NCBI GenBank assembly: GCA_045540075.1
Contig: JAZQGM010000155.1
Span: 4,862 to 68,861, forward strand
Direction: 5' to 3'
DNA from: Acetatifactor sp.
GTDB taxonomy: Bacteria; Bacillota; Clostridia; Lachnospirales; Lachnospiraceae
DNA length: 64,000 bases
The notes below the pieces were generated by a model that saw only the letters and a list, made by a program, of their open reading frames with translations, made no database searches and was not told the origin of the DNA. Position numbers and translations under genes: made by a program. This document shows, piece by piece, positions 10,522-21,033 of this stretch. Each line of letters opens with the position of its first letter. Position 1 is the first letter of the stretch.

Positions 10522-11748
10522 TTATTCACGAATTCCATAGTTTTCAATGATATAATCCATATCCTTGTCGCCTCTTCCGGAGAGGTTGATCAGTACAGAC
10601 CCCTTGCCCATCTGTTTTGCCAGTTTCATACCGTAAGCCACAGCATGAGCACTTTCAATTGCCGGGATGATACCTTCCATTCTTGACAGCTCAAAGAATG
10701 CATTGATGGTTTCTTCGTCATCCACCACATCATATTTTACTCTGCCCAGATCATGTAAGAATGCATGCTCGGGACCGGATGAAGGATAATCCAGACCACT
10801 TGCCACAGAGTAAACCGGTGCAGGCTCACCATTTTCATCTTTCAGCATGATACTGTTAAATCCATGCATGATACCTTCTGTACCATATTTCAGGCTTGCT
10901 GCATGATCACCCAGAGCCGGTCCTCTTCCCAGAGGCTCAACACCATAGATATCAACAGGGTCATTTAAGAATCCTGCAAACATTCCTGCAGCATTAGAAC
11001 CTCCGCCCACACAGGCAACCACTGCATCCGGCAATTCTCCTGTCATCTCCAGAAACTGCTCTCTGGCCTCGATACCAACCACACTCTGGAAATCACGTAC
11101 CATCATAGGGAAAGGATGAGGGCCCAGCACAGAACCGATACAGTAAATGGCATCTTTATACTCTCTGCAATATGCTGCAAAAGCTGCGTCTACTGCTTCC
11201 TTCAGTGTCTGCAGACCTTCTGTGACTTCTACCACTCTTGCACCCAGAATTTTCATCCTGGCCACATTGGGCGCCTGTTTCTTGATATCCACAGAACCCA
11301 TATAAATATCACATTCTAGACCAAAGTATGCAGCTGCCGTTGCCAATGCCACGCCGTGCTGTCCCGCTCCGGTCTCTGCGATCACCTTTTTCTTGCCCAT
11401 ATATTTAGCCAGAAGGGCTTCACCCATACAATGGTTGAGCTTATGGGCACCTGTATGATTCAGGTCCTCACGCTTAGCATAAAGCTGCACATTGCCCAGC
11501 TTGCCTGATAACCTTTCCAGATAAGAGATGGGGGTAGGTCTGCCCTGGAACTCTTTGCGGATTCTGCGAAGCTCGCTGATAAACTTTCTGGATTTACAAA
11601 TGGTCTGATAAGCCTCTGTGATATCCTGCATGGCGATCTTTAATTCTTCTGAAATATATGCGCCGCCATATTTACCAAAATAACCATTTGCATCCGGATA
11701 ATTTTTAAAGTATGTGTCAAAATCTACATTGTTGAATTTCATTTTCAT
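10522..11748 (-). CDS. trpB: Tryptophan synthase beta subunit (no adjacent trpA)
   Basis: HTGAHK (PLP lysine), [15 protein letters not shown] and SGRGDKD motifs. Confidence 0.95.
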   Translation of the reverse strand: MKMKFNNVDFDTYFKNYPDANGYFGKYGGAYISEELKIAMQDITEAYQTICKSRKFISELRRIRKEFQGRPTPISYLERLSGKLGNVQLYAKREDLNHTGAHKLNHCMGEALLAKYMGKKKVIAETGAGQHGVALATAAAYFGLECDIYMGSVDIKKQAPNVARMKILGARVVEVTEGLQTLKEAVDAAFAAYCREYKDAIYCIGSVLGPHPFPMMVRDFQSVVGIEAREQFLEMTGELPDAVVACVGGGSNAAGMFAGFLNDPVDIYGVEPLGRGPALGDHAASLKYGTEGIMHGFNSIMLKDENGEPAPVYSVASGLDYPSSGPEHAFLHDLGRVKYDVVDDEETINAFFELSRMEGIIPAIESAHAVAYGMKLAKQMGKGSVLINLSGRGDKDMDYIIENYGIRE

Positions 11749-11800
11749 ATCCTCCGATTTGATATATGTATTGTTTTAAGCATCATTACAGTTACTGGTT

Positions 11801-11836
11801 TTACTTTAAGCTTTGCCATCGTTTTGTTTTTAACAT
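11801..11836 (-). CDS. Putative 11-aa mini-ORF MLKTKRWQSLK between the T-box and trpB
   Basis: GGAGG RBS 10 nt before the ATG at 11836; one TGG codon; TAA at 11801. Confidence 0.35.
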   Translation of the reverse strand: MLKTKRWQSLK

Positions 11837-11892
11837 ATTGTAATACCTCCCTGAAAGCTTAATGGTTACCATGAATCTCTTTGCCAAAAAAT

Positions 11893-12212
11893 ATAAAAAA
11901 TCCTCGACAGAAAGATACCTTCTGTCAAGGACGAATAAACACAATGCTCAAAGCGTTTCTTGTTATCCGCGGTGCCACCTTGATTCATGGAAAATCCCAT
12001 GCACTTAGCAGGATACCTACATATCCTCGGCAACTGACGTATGCCAACACGTTGCAGAATACTCAGTGGGGCCGGATCGTGAATCACCACACCTTTGACT
12101 GCACCCTCAGCGGTCCATTTGACGACTTGTTTCTCACCTGCTCTCAGCCACACAGGCTCTCTGTAAAGGCATCATCGCCGTTATCTCCGCTTCAACGGTT
12201 TGCTCTGTTGAA
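11893..12212 (-). ncRNA. Trp-specific T-box riboswitch leader
   Basis: T-box AAGGTGGCACCGCG (11968-11981), AGAGA/GCTGAGAG stem-I motifs, candidate specifier UGG at 12115-12117, terminator hairpin at 11901-11931 with a U-run. Confidence 0.9.
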
Positions 12213-12220
12213 TTAGTTGT

Positions 12221-12249
12221 ATCATATCACCATTATACGCAAACGTCAA
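12221..12249 (-). promoter_or_regulatory. SigA-type promoter of the T-box/trpB transcript
   Basis: TTGACG-17 nt-TATGAT. Confidence 0.7.
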
Positions 12250-12315
12250 GTACTTTGCTCACAAAATACTAAATTTTTTGCGTTTATCATGGACTGGTAT
12301 ATGACGTCTGTCCCA

Positions 12316-13233
12316 TCAGCCCAGTACCAGCATGGCATCCAGGCTCCTTTTTGCTGCCAGGCGCAGGTCTTGTGGCAGCACGATCTCCTCACCGGCATCG
12401 CCCTTGACACAATGATACACATCTGCCAGCGTGGTCAATTTCATATCATGACAGATCAGCCGCTTGGACAGTGGATAGAAACGTTTGTCCGGGCACTCAT
12501 ACTGCAAATGCTGCACAATACTGTTCTCCGTTCCGATGATAAATTCATCATGATCGCTCTTTCTCACATAATCCATGATGCCTGTGGTACTTCCCACATA
12601 GTCTGCCATCTCGCTGACAGCCACCACGCATTCCGGATGAACCAGAAGCTGTGCCCGAGGGTGCTGTTCTTTGGCCTCCAACGCCTCTTTGTTAGTAATG
12701 CCGGCATGAATGGGACAACCGCCTTTTACAAGTTGCAAGTTCTTCTCCGGCACCTGTGCGGCCACCCATGCACCCAGATTACAATCCGGAATAAATAAAA
12801 TATCCTTCTCTTTCATATTACGCACGATCTTTACCGCTGAGGCAGATGTCACACAGACATCGCAGACCGTCTTTAATTCTGTGGTGGTATTGATATAAGC
12901 TACCACTGCATAACCGGGATATTGGTTCTTCAGCGCTTTAATGGCCTCCACGTCAAACTGTCTGGCCATGGGGCAGTCTGCTCCCGGGTGGGATAGGATC
13001 ACCTTCTTATCCGGGGATAGCACCTTGACAGTCTCTGCCATAAAACGTACCCCGCACATCAATATGGTCTGCTGGGAAGCTGCTGCTGCCTTCTCACTGA
13101 GCCCGTAAGAATCACCGATATAGTCTGCAACCTCCAATATATCATGACTTTGATAAGCATGTGCCAGAATGCAGATATCCTTTTCTTTCTTCATTTTCAA
13201 AATCGCATCCTGCAGCTCTTTTGTTGTATTCAT
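12316..13233 (-). CDS. nadA: Quinolinate synthase
   Basis: LAHAYQ, GDS, CGVRFMAE, HPEC and three Fe-S cysteines; start moved to MNTTK with a GAGGAG RBS. Confidence 0.95.
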   Translation of the reverse strand: MNTTKELQDAILKMKKEKDICILAHAYQSHDILEVADYIGDSYGLSEKAAAASQQTILMCGVRFMAETVKVLSPDKKVILSHPGADCPMARQFDVEAIKALKNQYPGYAVVAYINTTTELKTVCDVCVTSASAVKIVRNMKEKDILFIPDCNLGAWVAAQVPEKNLQLVKGGCPIHAGITNKEALEAKEQHPRAQLLVHPECVVAVSEMADYVGSTTGIMDYVRKSDHDEFIIGTENSIVQHLQYECPDKRFYPLSKRLICHDMKLTTLADVYHCVKGDAGEEIVLPQDLRLAAKRSLDAMLVLG

Positions 13234-13298
13234 ATGTAATCTCCTCGTTAAATTTTCTTCCAAATCACTCCACTGCTCAATTATAAGAAAAAAACCTT

Positions 13299-13342
13299 GC
13301 CCTGTCAAGACATTTTCTTCACAGGTGTCTTGTCAGATGTAA
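13299..13342. promoter_or_regulatory. Putative NiaR operator(s) in the divergent nadA/nadB intergenic region
   Basis: ACAGGTGTCTTGTCAGATGT (13321-13340) plus an inverted partial copy CTGTCAAGACA; resembles the Firmicute NiaR palindrome, and niaR is in the operon. Confidence 0.6.
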
Positions 13343-13429
13343 ATTCTTGTGGTATACTTTGGGTTGCAATGGTCCGACATTACCGGACCTACCAAATCCA
13401 ACGTGTATACCCACGAGAAAGCTGGTCAT

Positions 13430-14710
13430 ATGACAACAGATATCCTGATCGTAGGAAGCGGCTGTGCCGGGCTTTATGCGGCTCTGCATCTTCCTGCCGA
13501 CAAACAAATCACCATCATTACCAAAACAGACTTAGAAAGCAGTGATTCCTTTCTGGCCCAAGGCGGCATGTGTATGTTAAAGGATCCTGCAGACTACGAT
13601 TCTTATTTTGAAGACACCATGAAAGCCGGTCACTATGAAAACGACAAAACATCCGTTGAGATCATGATCAAATCCTCACCGGATGTGGTAAAGGATCTGG
13701 TGAGCTATGGTGTAGATTTCCATAGAGAAGCAGACGGTTCCTTCTCTTTTACCAAGGAAGGTGCCCACTCCACCAAACGCATTCTTTTCCATGAGGACAT
13801 CACCGGCAAAGAGATCACTTCCCATTTATTAGAGGAGGTTTTGAAAAGGCCCAATGTGACCATCTTGCCAAACACCTGCCTTTTAGACCTGCTCTGCGAA
13901 GACAATACCTGTTACGGCGCTGTGGTAAAGATGGCGGATCAGTCCATTTCCAAGATCTGTGCGGATTACACTTTGCTGGCCACAGGCGGCATAGGCGGTC
14001 TGTACCGCCATTCCACCAATTTCCGCCACTTGACGGGAGATGCCATTGCCATTGCCTTGAAACACCGGGTGGAAGTTAAGGATCTGGATTACATTCAGAT
14101 TCACCCCACCACTCTTTATTCCAAACAAGAGACTGACCGCAGCTTCCTGATATCCGAGTCCGTGCGGGGGGAAGGTGCTTTGCTCTATGATAAGCATATG
14201 CAGCGTTTTGTAAATGAGCTGTTACCTAGGGATTTGCTGACAGAAGCCATCTATGTGCAGATGGAGAAAGATGGCACCGACTACGTCTGGGAAGATCTGC
14301 GCCCTATTCCTAAAGAGGAATTGGAACATCATTTTCCCAATATAGTTGCACATTGCCGAGAAATGGGTTATGATGTGACCAAAGAGTGTATTCCTGTGGT
14401 TCCTGCCCAGCACTATTTCATGGGAGGCATCCGGGTGGACCACAACTCCAAGACCTCTATGGAACGCCTCTATGCCATCGGCGAAACTGCATGCAACGGC
14501 GTCCATGGCCGGAATCGCCTTGCCAGCAATTCCCTTTTAGAGAGTCTTGTTTTTGCCAAACGGGCAGCTAAGCATCTTGCAGGCGACTACCAAAGTGCGC
14601 AGGATAAAGGCAGCGCCCTACCTTCTGCCATCACCGATGACACAGACCAGACTGCATTGGAGAAGGAATACCGCCAACTGATACTTACTGCTATTTCCAA
14701 AGAAAAATAA
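13430..14710 (+). CDS. nadB: L-aspartate oxidase
   Basis: GSGCAG, AQGG, EGAHS, QIHPT, HYFMGG and NRLASNSLLE motifs. Confidence 0.95.
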   Translation: MTTDILIVGSGCAGLYAALHLPADKQITIITKTDLESSDSFLAQGGMCMLKDPADYDSYFEDTMKAGHYENDKTSVEIMIKSSPDVVKDLVSYGVDFHREADGSFSFTKEGAHSTKRILFHEDITGKEITSHLLEEVLKRPNVTILPNTCLLDLLCEDNTCYGAVVKMADQSISKICADYTLLATGGIGGLYRHSTNFRHLTGDAIAIALKHRVEVKDLDYIQIHPTTLYSKQETDRSFLISESVRGEGALLYDKHMQRFVNELLPRDLLTEAIYVQMEKDGTDYVWEDLRPIPKEELEHHFPNIVAHCREMGYDVTKECIPVVPAQHYFMGGIRVDHNSKTSMERLYAIGETACNGVHGRNRLASNSLLESLVFAKRAAKHLAGDYQSAQDKGSALPSAITDDTDQTALEKEYRQLILTAISKEK

Positions 14711-14730
14711 AACCGGAAAGGACTACTATT

Positions 14731-15588
14731 ATGAACAACCCGATTACCTTAACATTAAATGCAGATCCCTTGATCCTTAGCGCACTGCGAGAGGACATCA
14801 CAAGCGAGGACGTGTCCACCAACAGCGTCACTGTGGAAAAACAGCCGGGAGAAGCCGACCTAATCTGCAAAGAAGACGGCATTATCTGCGGTCTTGAAAT
14901 CTTCGCAAGAGTATTTACCCTCTTAGACCCCACCACCCGTGTAACATTCTTTGCAAAAGACGGGGACAACGTAACCAAAGGTCAGCTTCTGGCCAAAGTA
15001 ACCGGCGATATCCGCACCATCTTAAGCGGTGAACGCACTGCACTGAATTATCTCCAGCGCATGAGCGGTGTAGCCACTTATACCGGAAAGGTAGCCGCTC
15101 TCCTTGAGGGCACCTCCATCAAGCTTCTGGATACTCGCAAGACCACACCTAATAACCGCTTATTTGAAAAATACGCAGTCCGTGTGGGCGGGGGTAACAA
15201 CCATCGTTACAACCTGTCAGACGGTGTCCTTCTGAAAGACAACCACATCGGTGCTGCCGGCGGTGTGCGCCAGGCGATCCAAATGGCCAAGGCCTATGCC
15301 CCCTTCGTCCGCAAGATCGAAGTAGAAGTAGAAAATCTGGACATGGTTCGGGAAGCAGTGGAAGCAGGCGCCCATATCATCATGCTGGACAATATGTCCC
15401 ATGACCAGATGCAGGAGGCACTACAGATCATCGATGGTCGCGCCGAAGTAGAGATCTCCGGTAATGTCACCAAGGAAAACATTGAAAAGATCAAAGATCT
15501 CAATGTAAACTATATTTCATCCGGTGCCCTTACCCACTCGGCTCCTATTTTGGATGTCTCTTTGAAAAACCTTCACCCCATCGCATAA
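14731..15588 (+). CDS. nadC: Quinolinate phosphoribosyltransferase
   Basis: ERTALN, DTRKTTP, HRYNLSD, KDNH, EVE and MLDN motifs. Confidence 0.95.
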   Translation: MNNPITLTLNADPLILSALREDITSEDVSTNSVTVEKQPGEADLICKEDGIICGLEIFARVFTLLDPTTRVTFFAKDGDNVTKGQLLAKVTGDIRTILSGERTALNYLQRMSGVATYTGKVAALLEGTSIKLLDTRKTTPNNRLFEKYAVRVGGGNNHRYNLSDGVLLKDNHIGAAGGVRQAIQMAKAYAPFVRKIEVEVENLDMVREAVEAGAHIIMLDNMSHDQMQEALQIIDGRAEVEISGNVTKENIEKIKDLNVNYISSGALTHSAPILDVSLKNLHPIA

Positions 15589-15606
15589 CAGGAAAGGAAG
15601 AATACC

Positions 15607-16155
15607 ATGAACGGCGAGGAACGCAGAAAAAAACTCATAGATTTATTAAGATACAGTGATACCCCCCTGTCCGGCACAGACCTTGCCAAACAATTGGGTG
15701 TCAGTCGCCAGGTGATCGTGCAGGACATTGCACTGCTTCGAACAACTGTAGACAATATCGTTTCCACCAATCGTGGATATGTTTTAACCGAAACACTGGC
15801 TACCAGCCGTGTGTTTAAAGTCATCCACAGTGATGAGGAAGTGGAGGAGGAATTATCTCTGATCGTGGATTGCGGCGGCCGCATAGAAGATGTGTTTGTG
15901 TCACACAAGATTTACAATGTGATCAAAGCACCTATGAATATCCGCTCCCGACTGGATATCCGGCGCTTTATGGACAATCTGGCTTCCGGTAAATCCAGCC
16001 TGCTAAAGAACGTTACTTCCGGTTATCATTACCATACCGTTACTGCGGAGAGTGAAGAGATACTGGATTATATTCACGATGCTCTGAAAGAGCGAGGCTT
16101 TCTGGCACCGTTACAGGATTATGAGCCTATTGATTTCCCCAAAAAACAGTCTTAA
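15607..16155 (+). CDS. niaR: Niacin-responsive repressor (HTH plus 3H domain)
   Basis: VSRQVIVQDIALLR HTH and HYH of the 3H domain; located in the nad operon. Confidence 0.9.
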   Translation: MNGEERRKKLIDLLRYSDTPLSGTDLAKQLGVSRQVIVQDIALLRTTVDNIVSTNRGYVLTETLATSRVFKVIHSDEEVEEELSLIVDCGGRIEDVFVSHKIYNVIKAPMNIRSRLDIRRFMDNLASGKSSLLKNVTSGYHYHTVTAESEEILDYIHDALKERGFLAPLQDYEPIDFPKKQS

Positions 16156-16161
16156 ATACAA

Positions 16162-16195
16162 GATAGGGAGGGGGCACAAAACGCCCCTCCCTATA
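16162..16195. terminator. Terminator hairpin between niaR and the aldolase gene
   Basis: ATAGGGAGGGG...CCCCTCCCTAT. Confidence 0.7.
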
Positions 16196-16236
16196 TACTT
16201 CATTTACTATTCTCTCTTGCAGCCTCGCACAAAAGC

Positions 16237-16908
16237 TTACATTCCCAGCTGGCGCATGATCTTCTCAGTCACAGCCTTCACCACAGCTTCGTTTCCCGAC
16301 TGATCGGAAACCACTTCAGCAACACTTTCCCCACAAGGAATGTGGCTGCCGATGAAATTCATCTTTGAATAAAACTCTAGAGAATCCACATTGTCAAATG
16401 CATTTTCAAGGGTATCACCTGTAGAGAATACACTTGTGCCTTCAAATAAAAATCCCTTCTTAGTCTTCATACAATCGATCAGCTGAGCAGAGATCTCACC
16501 CGTTGCCTTGTTGTAAGCACCTTTGGGAACCACTCCCAGATAAACATAGTTCTCAGGAAGAACACAGTTGTTGATGGGCTGGTTCTTGATGGCATAAGCC
16601 GTTGAGAAAGGCGGCTGTGCGTGAATCAGGGCACGAACCTCCGGGTTCTCCTTGTACATACGGATGTGGAGGGTCACCTCGGAGGTGGGGTTGTACATAC
16701 AGTTGCCGATCTTCTTACCGTTCGCATCCACCTTTACGATTTTCTCGGGTGTCAGGAATACCTTTGATACACCGCTGGGTGTGCAGAAATACTCATTTTC
16801 ACTGTATTTATAAGAGATATTACCATGCTTTGCAGCCACATATCCCTTAGCATAAAGCCTCTTACCGATTTCACATATTGCTTTTCTTATTTCATATTCA
16901 GGCAGCAT
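16237..16908 (-). CDS. Class II aldolase/adducin family protein with a degenerate metal site
   Basis: GNIS, TPSGVSK and PTSE...H motifs; HAQP in place of HxHP. Confidence 0.75.
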   Translation of the reverse strand: MLPEYEIRKAICEIGKRLYAKGYVAAKHGNISYKYSENEYFCTPSGVSKVFLTPEKIVKVDANGKKIGNCMYNPTSEVTLHIRMYKENPEVRALIHAQPPFSTAYAIKNQPINNCVLPENYVYLGVVPKGAYNKATGEISAQLIDCMKTKKGFLFEGTSVFSTGDTLENAFDNVDSLEFYSKMNFIGSHIPCGESVAEVVSDQSGNEAVVKAVTEKIMRQLGM

Positions 16909-17017
16909 AACTTAATTTTCCTTTCGAAAATATCTTTTGTGACTTTCATTGTAGCACATTTTCCTGAAAATTTCAATTCCCGATGAAAGTTTTATTCTCG
17001 TAACAGTCAGCCAACCT

Positions 17018-18376
17018 TTATTCTCCAACTGCCTTATTTGTCAACATGGTATAAATCATTTTCAGCATATTGGGTTTTCTCATGGCTGTGGAATCTTCTC
17101 CCAGAACAAGCACTTGTTTCTGCTTATCATCAGAAGCACTCCACATGGGCAAATCTTCTCCACCATTGGGATCACCGCTGCGGACAAAGTTACACAGATA
17201 ATCCACCATCTGGGCACTCAAATCATAATCCTTTTGCTCCATGGGACGCCAGCAATTGGGCAGTGTTCCAAACCAGTACCACAGATCGGACGAATGCCAT
17301 GCACCGTTTTCATCCCCGGGAAGCTGGCGGTCAAAATACCATACGTAACTATTTTTTTCCTGTGCAGCACACCACTTTCTTGCCATGCTATGCAGGATGG
17401 GGGGCATCATATCCTCACTGGTGGAGCCTGCCATATAGGGAATCCGGTGCTGTTTTCCTGCTGCCAATAGCTCTGCTCCTGTACCCACCACTAACTGTCC
17501 ATCGATGCAAGGGAATGTGCCGGGAGAATGCAGCTCCTTCTTGGTCTGATCCCAGGCCTCGAAGAGCTTTTCAGGAGAAATGGCGCAAAACTGCTCCAGA
17601 TTCTTACATCCTGCATATTCCATGGTCTTTTCCCAGAAAGCATAATTCTTTTCTGCCGGTGAGGCCGCCATCATCTTGCTGACACCACCTCCGCTGGACA
17701 TGACTGCCCTGTGGAACAAGCCTTCGCTCATGGGACTGAGGCAATGCTGCTGCACGCTCATAGCGCCGGCACTCTGGCCCATAATGGTCATATTATCCGG
17801 ATCACCGCCGAAAGCACTGATGTTTTCCTTCACCCATTTTATAGCAGTCAACTGGTCATACAGACCATAATTGCCGGTCACGCCGGCCTCATCTTTCAGC
17901 TGGGGCAGACATACAAAGCCCATGGGCCCAAGGCGATAGTTCAGTGTCACACCGATCACCCCTTTTGTGGGCCATACAGGAGTGTCAAAATGCTTTTCAT
18001 GACCGCAGCCTCCGGTAAATCCACCTCCGTGGATATAGATCAATACCGGCAGCTTATCCCCCTCCTTCGCCGTATCCGGAGTAAAAATATTCAGGAATAA
18101 GCAATCCTCGCTGTAGGTGTATGTCTCTCCCTTACGAAATTCATGATAATAGAAAATCTTCTTGAGATTCTCCTCTTCGTTATAGAATGCTCTGGGCTGA
18201 TAGGAACAGGCCCCGTAATTTGTGGCATTGTACACACCATCCCAACTTGTCACCTGTGTAGGATATTCCCAGCGACCTGCCGTGGCATAGCGAATGCCCT
18301 TAAAGGCAACCACATTTTCTATTCTGCACTTTGTTCCCTGAATCTGTCCGCAGGGAGTATGGATCAAATGGTTCAT
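17018..18376 (-). CDS. Type-B carboxylesterase/lipase
   Basis: SEDCLFLNI, HGGG, GQSAG and AWHSSDL motifs. Confidence 0.9.
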   Translation of the reverse strand: MNHLIHTPCGQIQGTKCRIENVVAFKGIRYATAGRWEYPTQVTSWDGVYNATNYGACSYQPRAFYNEEENLKKIFYYHEFRKGETYTYSEDCLFLNIFTPDTAKEGDKLPVLIYIHGGGFTGGCGHEKHFDTPVWPTKGVIGVTLNYRLGPMGFVCLPQLKDEAGVTGNYGLYDQLTAIKWVKENISAFGGDPDNMTIMGQSAGAMSVQQHCLSPMSEGLFHRAVMSSGGGVSKMMAASPAEKNYAFWEKTMEYAGCKNLEQFCAISPEKLFEAWDQTKKELHSPGTFPCIDGQLVVGTGAELLAAGKQHRIPYMAGSTSEDMMPPILHSMARKWCAAQEKNSYVWYFDRQLPGDENGAWHSSDLWYWFGTLPNCWRPMEQKDYDLSAQMVDYLCNFVRSGDPNGGEDLPMWSASDDKQKQVLVLGEDSTAMRKPNMLKMIYTMLTNKAVGE

Positions 18377-18455
18377 ATTTTTCCTCAAAACGCAGGCAAC
18401 TGATGGAGCTGCCTGCGTTATCCTTTCACATAATGATATTTCGCATGTTCTATGC

Positions 18456-19841
18456 TTATTGTCCGGAAGCTTCCTTCATAGCAGCCATTTGCGCACGCTT
18501 CTCAGGCGTGATATTCCAGATGAACTTAAATGCAGCCCAGGAACCCAGAACAAACAACGCAGGGATCAGTACGCAAAGAACTTTCAGACCCACAACGGTA
18601 GATGCTGTCTGGAATTCTGCCTTGCCGTTGTAACCGATCCAGCCCAGTGCATAGATAGCAAAGCCCTGACCGATGGTCTGACCGATACGACGGGCAAGGT
18701 TAAAGGTACCGTAAATGGAACCTTCTGTTCTCTTACCTGTAACCAGTTCATTATAATCAACAGCCTCACCTACCAGACCCCACTGCATCTGGATAGAAAC
18801 CATACCCATACCCATGCCGAGACCGGAGATCACAGAATGCACCAGGGGATGTACATCCATTACCATGTGCATACCAAAAAGGATCGCATAAATGCCACCG
18901 CCAATCAGGAGTGAATAACGGATTACTTTCATCAGTCCCAGCTTCTTACACATGAAAGGAACCGCAATCATGGAACCGATCATAATGGGACTGGAAAGAG
19001 CTGTACCGATGGACTGGTAAGCTGTATTGTGGAACACAGCGGAATACATATAAATACTCAGCGTCTGTGCTACATACTGCATGGTACAGATACATACACC
19101 ATGAATACAAAGAGCTATAAAAGGACGATTCTTCTTTACTACAACAAGTATGTCAGAAATTTTGATATCGTCTGCTTTCACATTTTCACCAACTGTTGTG
19201 CGCTCTTCAGTCAGGTAGTAATGCAACAGACAGATCACAAAACCTATACTTGCACAAACCACCGCTGTAATCGCATAAGGTGTACTTTCTCTCTGGTCGT
19301 ACATGTTTAAGATCACAGGCGCCAGCATAGCAGGAATCATATTACCAAACATGGAACCCACACCACGTGCAGAGGAAAGGGATGCTCTCTCTGTATCATT
19401 TTTAGACATTGCAGACAGAAGGGAGCCCATAGGAATGTTGAACATGGTATAAGCAGCTTCATAAAGTATCTTGCACATAAAGAGAACTACCAAAAGTGTA
19501 ACCCCTTCAAAGAAGGTAGGTACGATCCAAAGTGCGATACCGGTCACCGCAAGCAGTGGAGTGGCACGAAGAAGCCAGGGACGGAACTTACCCTTGGGAT
19601 TCTGATTTCTCGCAAACGCCTTGTCCATAAGAGCACCCATCATAGGGTCATTGATCGCATCCCAAATGGTCCAAATGATAACAAGGGTTCCCAGAATACC
19701 CGTATCCACGCCCAGACAGTCTGTGCAATAAATGGTAAAGATGGAGCTCATGAGTGTAAATGTCATGCAACCGCCCCAGTCGCCGAACATATAGCCAAAC
19801 CAATGCTTCTTGGTCAGGCCGGTTTTAGTTGATTTGGTCAT
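18456..19841 (-). CDS. GPH-family (MFS_2) sugar:cation symporter
   Basis: WDAINDPMMG, GKFRPW and GKRTEG motifs; about 12 TMs. Confidence 0.85.
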   Translation of the reverse strand: MTKSTKTGLTKKHWFGYMFGDWGGCMTFTLMSSIFTIYCTDCLGVDTGILGTLVIIWTIWDAINDPMMGALMDKAFARNQNPKGKFRPWLLRATPLLAVTGIALWIVPTFFEGVTLLVVLFMCKILYEAAYTMFNIPMGSLLSAMSKNDTERASLSSARGVGSMFGNMIPAMLAPVILNMYDQRESTPYAITAVVCASIGFVICLLHYYLTEERTTVGENVKADDIKISDILVVVKKNRPFIALCIHGVCICTMQYVAQTLSIYMYSAVFHNTAYQSIGTALSSPIMIGSMIAVPFMCKKLGLMKVIRYSLLIGGGIYAILFGMHMVMDVHPLVHSVISGLGMGMGMVSIQMQWGLVGEAVDYNELVTGKRTEGSIYGTFNLARRIGQTIGQGFAIYALGWIGYNGKAEFQTASTVVGLKVLCVLIPALFVLGSWAAFKFIWNITPEKRAQMAAMKEASGQ

Positions 19842-20079
19842 AAGTATTTCCTCCTATGCGCTATGTGTGTTATGTAAATAAGTTCCAGAAAAAATGATAA
19901 TACACTTCTTTATTTTATCCTACACCAAAGTGCATACAATGTAAATTGCTAAGATTGCAATAAACATTGTAAATCCTGCAATTTTATGATAGAATATTTT
20001 TTGTAAGTAGGGAAACGTGCCGGAGCAAAGCGGAGGGCACATGCCGGAAGCACCGCGCCAAAATGTGGAGGGTTTTATT

Positions 20080-21033
20080 GTGAAATTAGCAGAATTACAG
20101 TTATTGTCAAAGATTGTTGCCACAACCGAGGACGAAAGTGCCCAAAAGCAGATGTACGACCACATTCGAAGCATGGGTCTGGATCCCAACTCCTTTTACC
20201 AGGAGCTGGAAATGACCTCACATTTGGTGGACACCCACCGGGATACCAGCTATTCCAATGCCCACATGCATCTGCACAGTCACGCCTTCTACGAATTGCT
20301 CTATTGCTGCAACAGCTGCGATGCGGAATACCTGGTAGGCTCTCACCGGTATCGCCTTAAGCAGGGGGATCTGATCTTTGTTCCTCCGGGAGTCAGTCAT
20401 CGCCCCCTTCTGCCGGAACAGCTCGCAGAACCCTATCACCGTTATGTTTTATGGCTCAGCCAGAAGTTTATGGAATGGTATGCAAAGTTGTACCCCTACC
20501 CTTTCACGGAAAATCAAAACTGTGCTAATATGCTGCGCATAGACGATACCAAGTGGGAACAATTAGGGCAACTTTTCCGCAAAGGTATACAGGAAGCGGA
20601 AAGACAAGAAGATGGTTGGGAAGCTGCCGTTGTGGGCAATACCATAACCTTGTTGACTGCGATCAAGCGCGTCACAGATGATCGTACTGCCCATACCCTG
20701 AAAGCAGTGAAATCAGAACTTTTGGACCGTATTATGGCCTTCGTGGAGAAAAACTATGCCAAAACCATTACCATTGGCGATCTGGCAAAAAAATTTTATG
20801 TCAGCAGCAGCACCATCAGCCATCTGTTTCAGCAAAAACTGGGCATCAGCTTTTACCGTTTTGTAACCCAACGACGACTGATCGCTGCCAAGAGTCTCAT
20901 CGAAACAGGTATGCTTTTAGAGACCGTAGCTTTACAGAGCGGGTTCCCAGATTATTCCAACTTTTACCGTGCTTTTAAACAGGAGTATGGCATCTCCCCC
21001 AGACAATATCGGAATCAATGCACCAAAAGATAG
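20080..21033 (+). CDS. AraC family regulator, divergent from the transporter-esterase pair
   Basis: Cupin HSH..YE and C-terminal SGFPDYSNFYRAFK; GTG start with a GGAGG RBS. Confidence 0.9.
   Translation: MKLAELQLLSKIVATTEDESAQKQMYDHIRSMGLDPNSFYQELEMTSHLVDTHRDTSYSNAHMHLHSHAFYELLYCCNSCDAEYLVGSHRYRLKQGDLIFVPPGVSHRPLLPEQLAEPYHRYVLWLSQKFMEWYAKLYPYPFTENQNCANMLRIDDTKWEQLGQLFRKGIQEAERQEDGWEAAVVGNTITLLTAIKRVTDDRTAHTLKAVKSELLDRIMAFVEKNYAKTITIGDLAKKFYVSSSTISHLFQQKLGISFYRFVTQRRLIAAKSLIETGMLLETVALQSGFPDYSNFYRAFKQEYGISPRQYRNQCTKR

Noticed and set aside
11866-12216. ORFs upstream of trpB on both strands
   Set aside because: Explained by the T-box leader.
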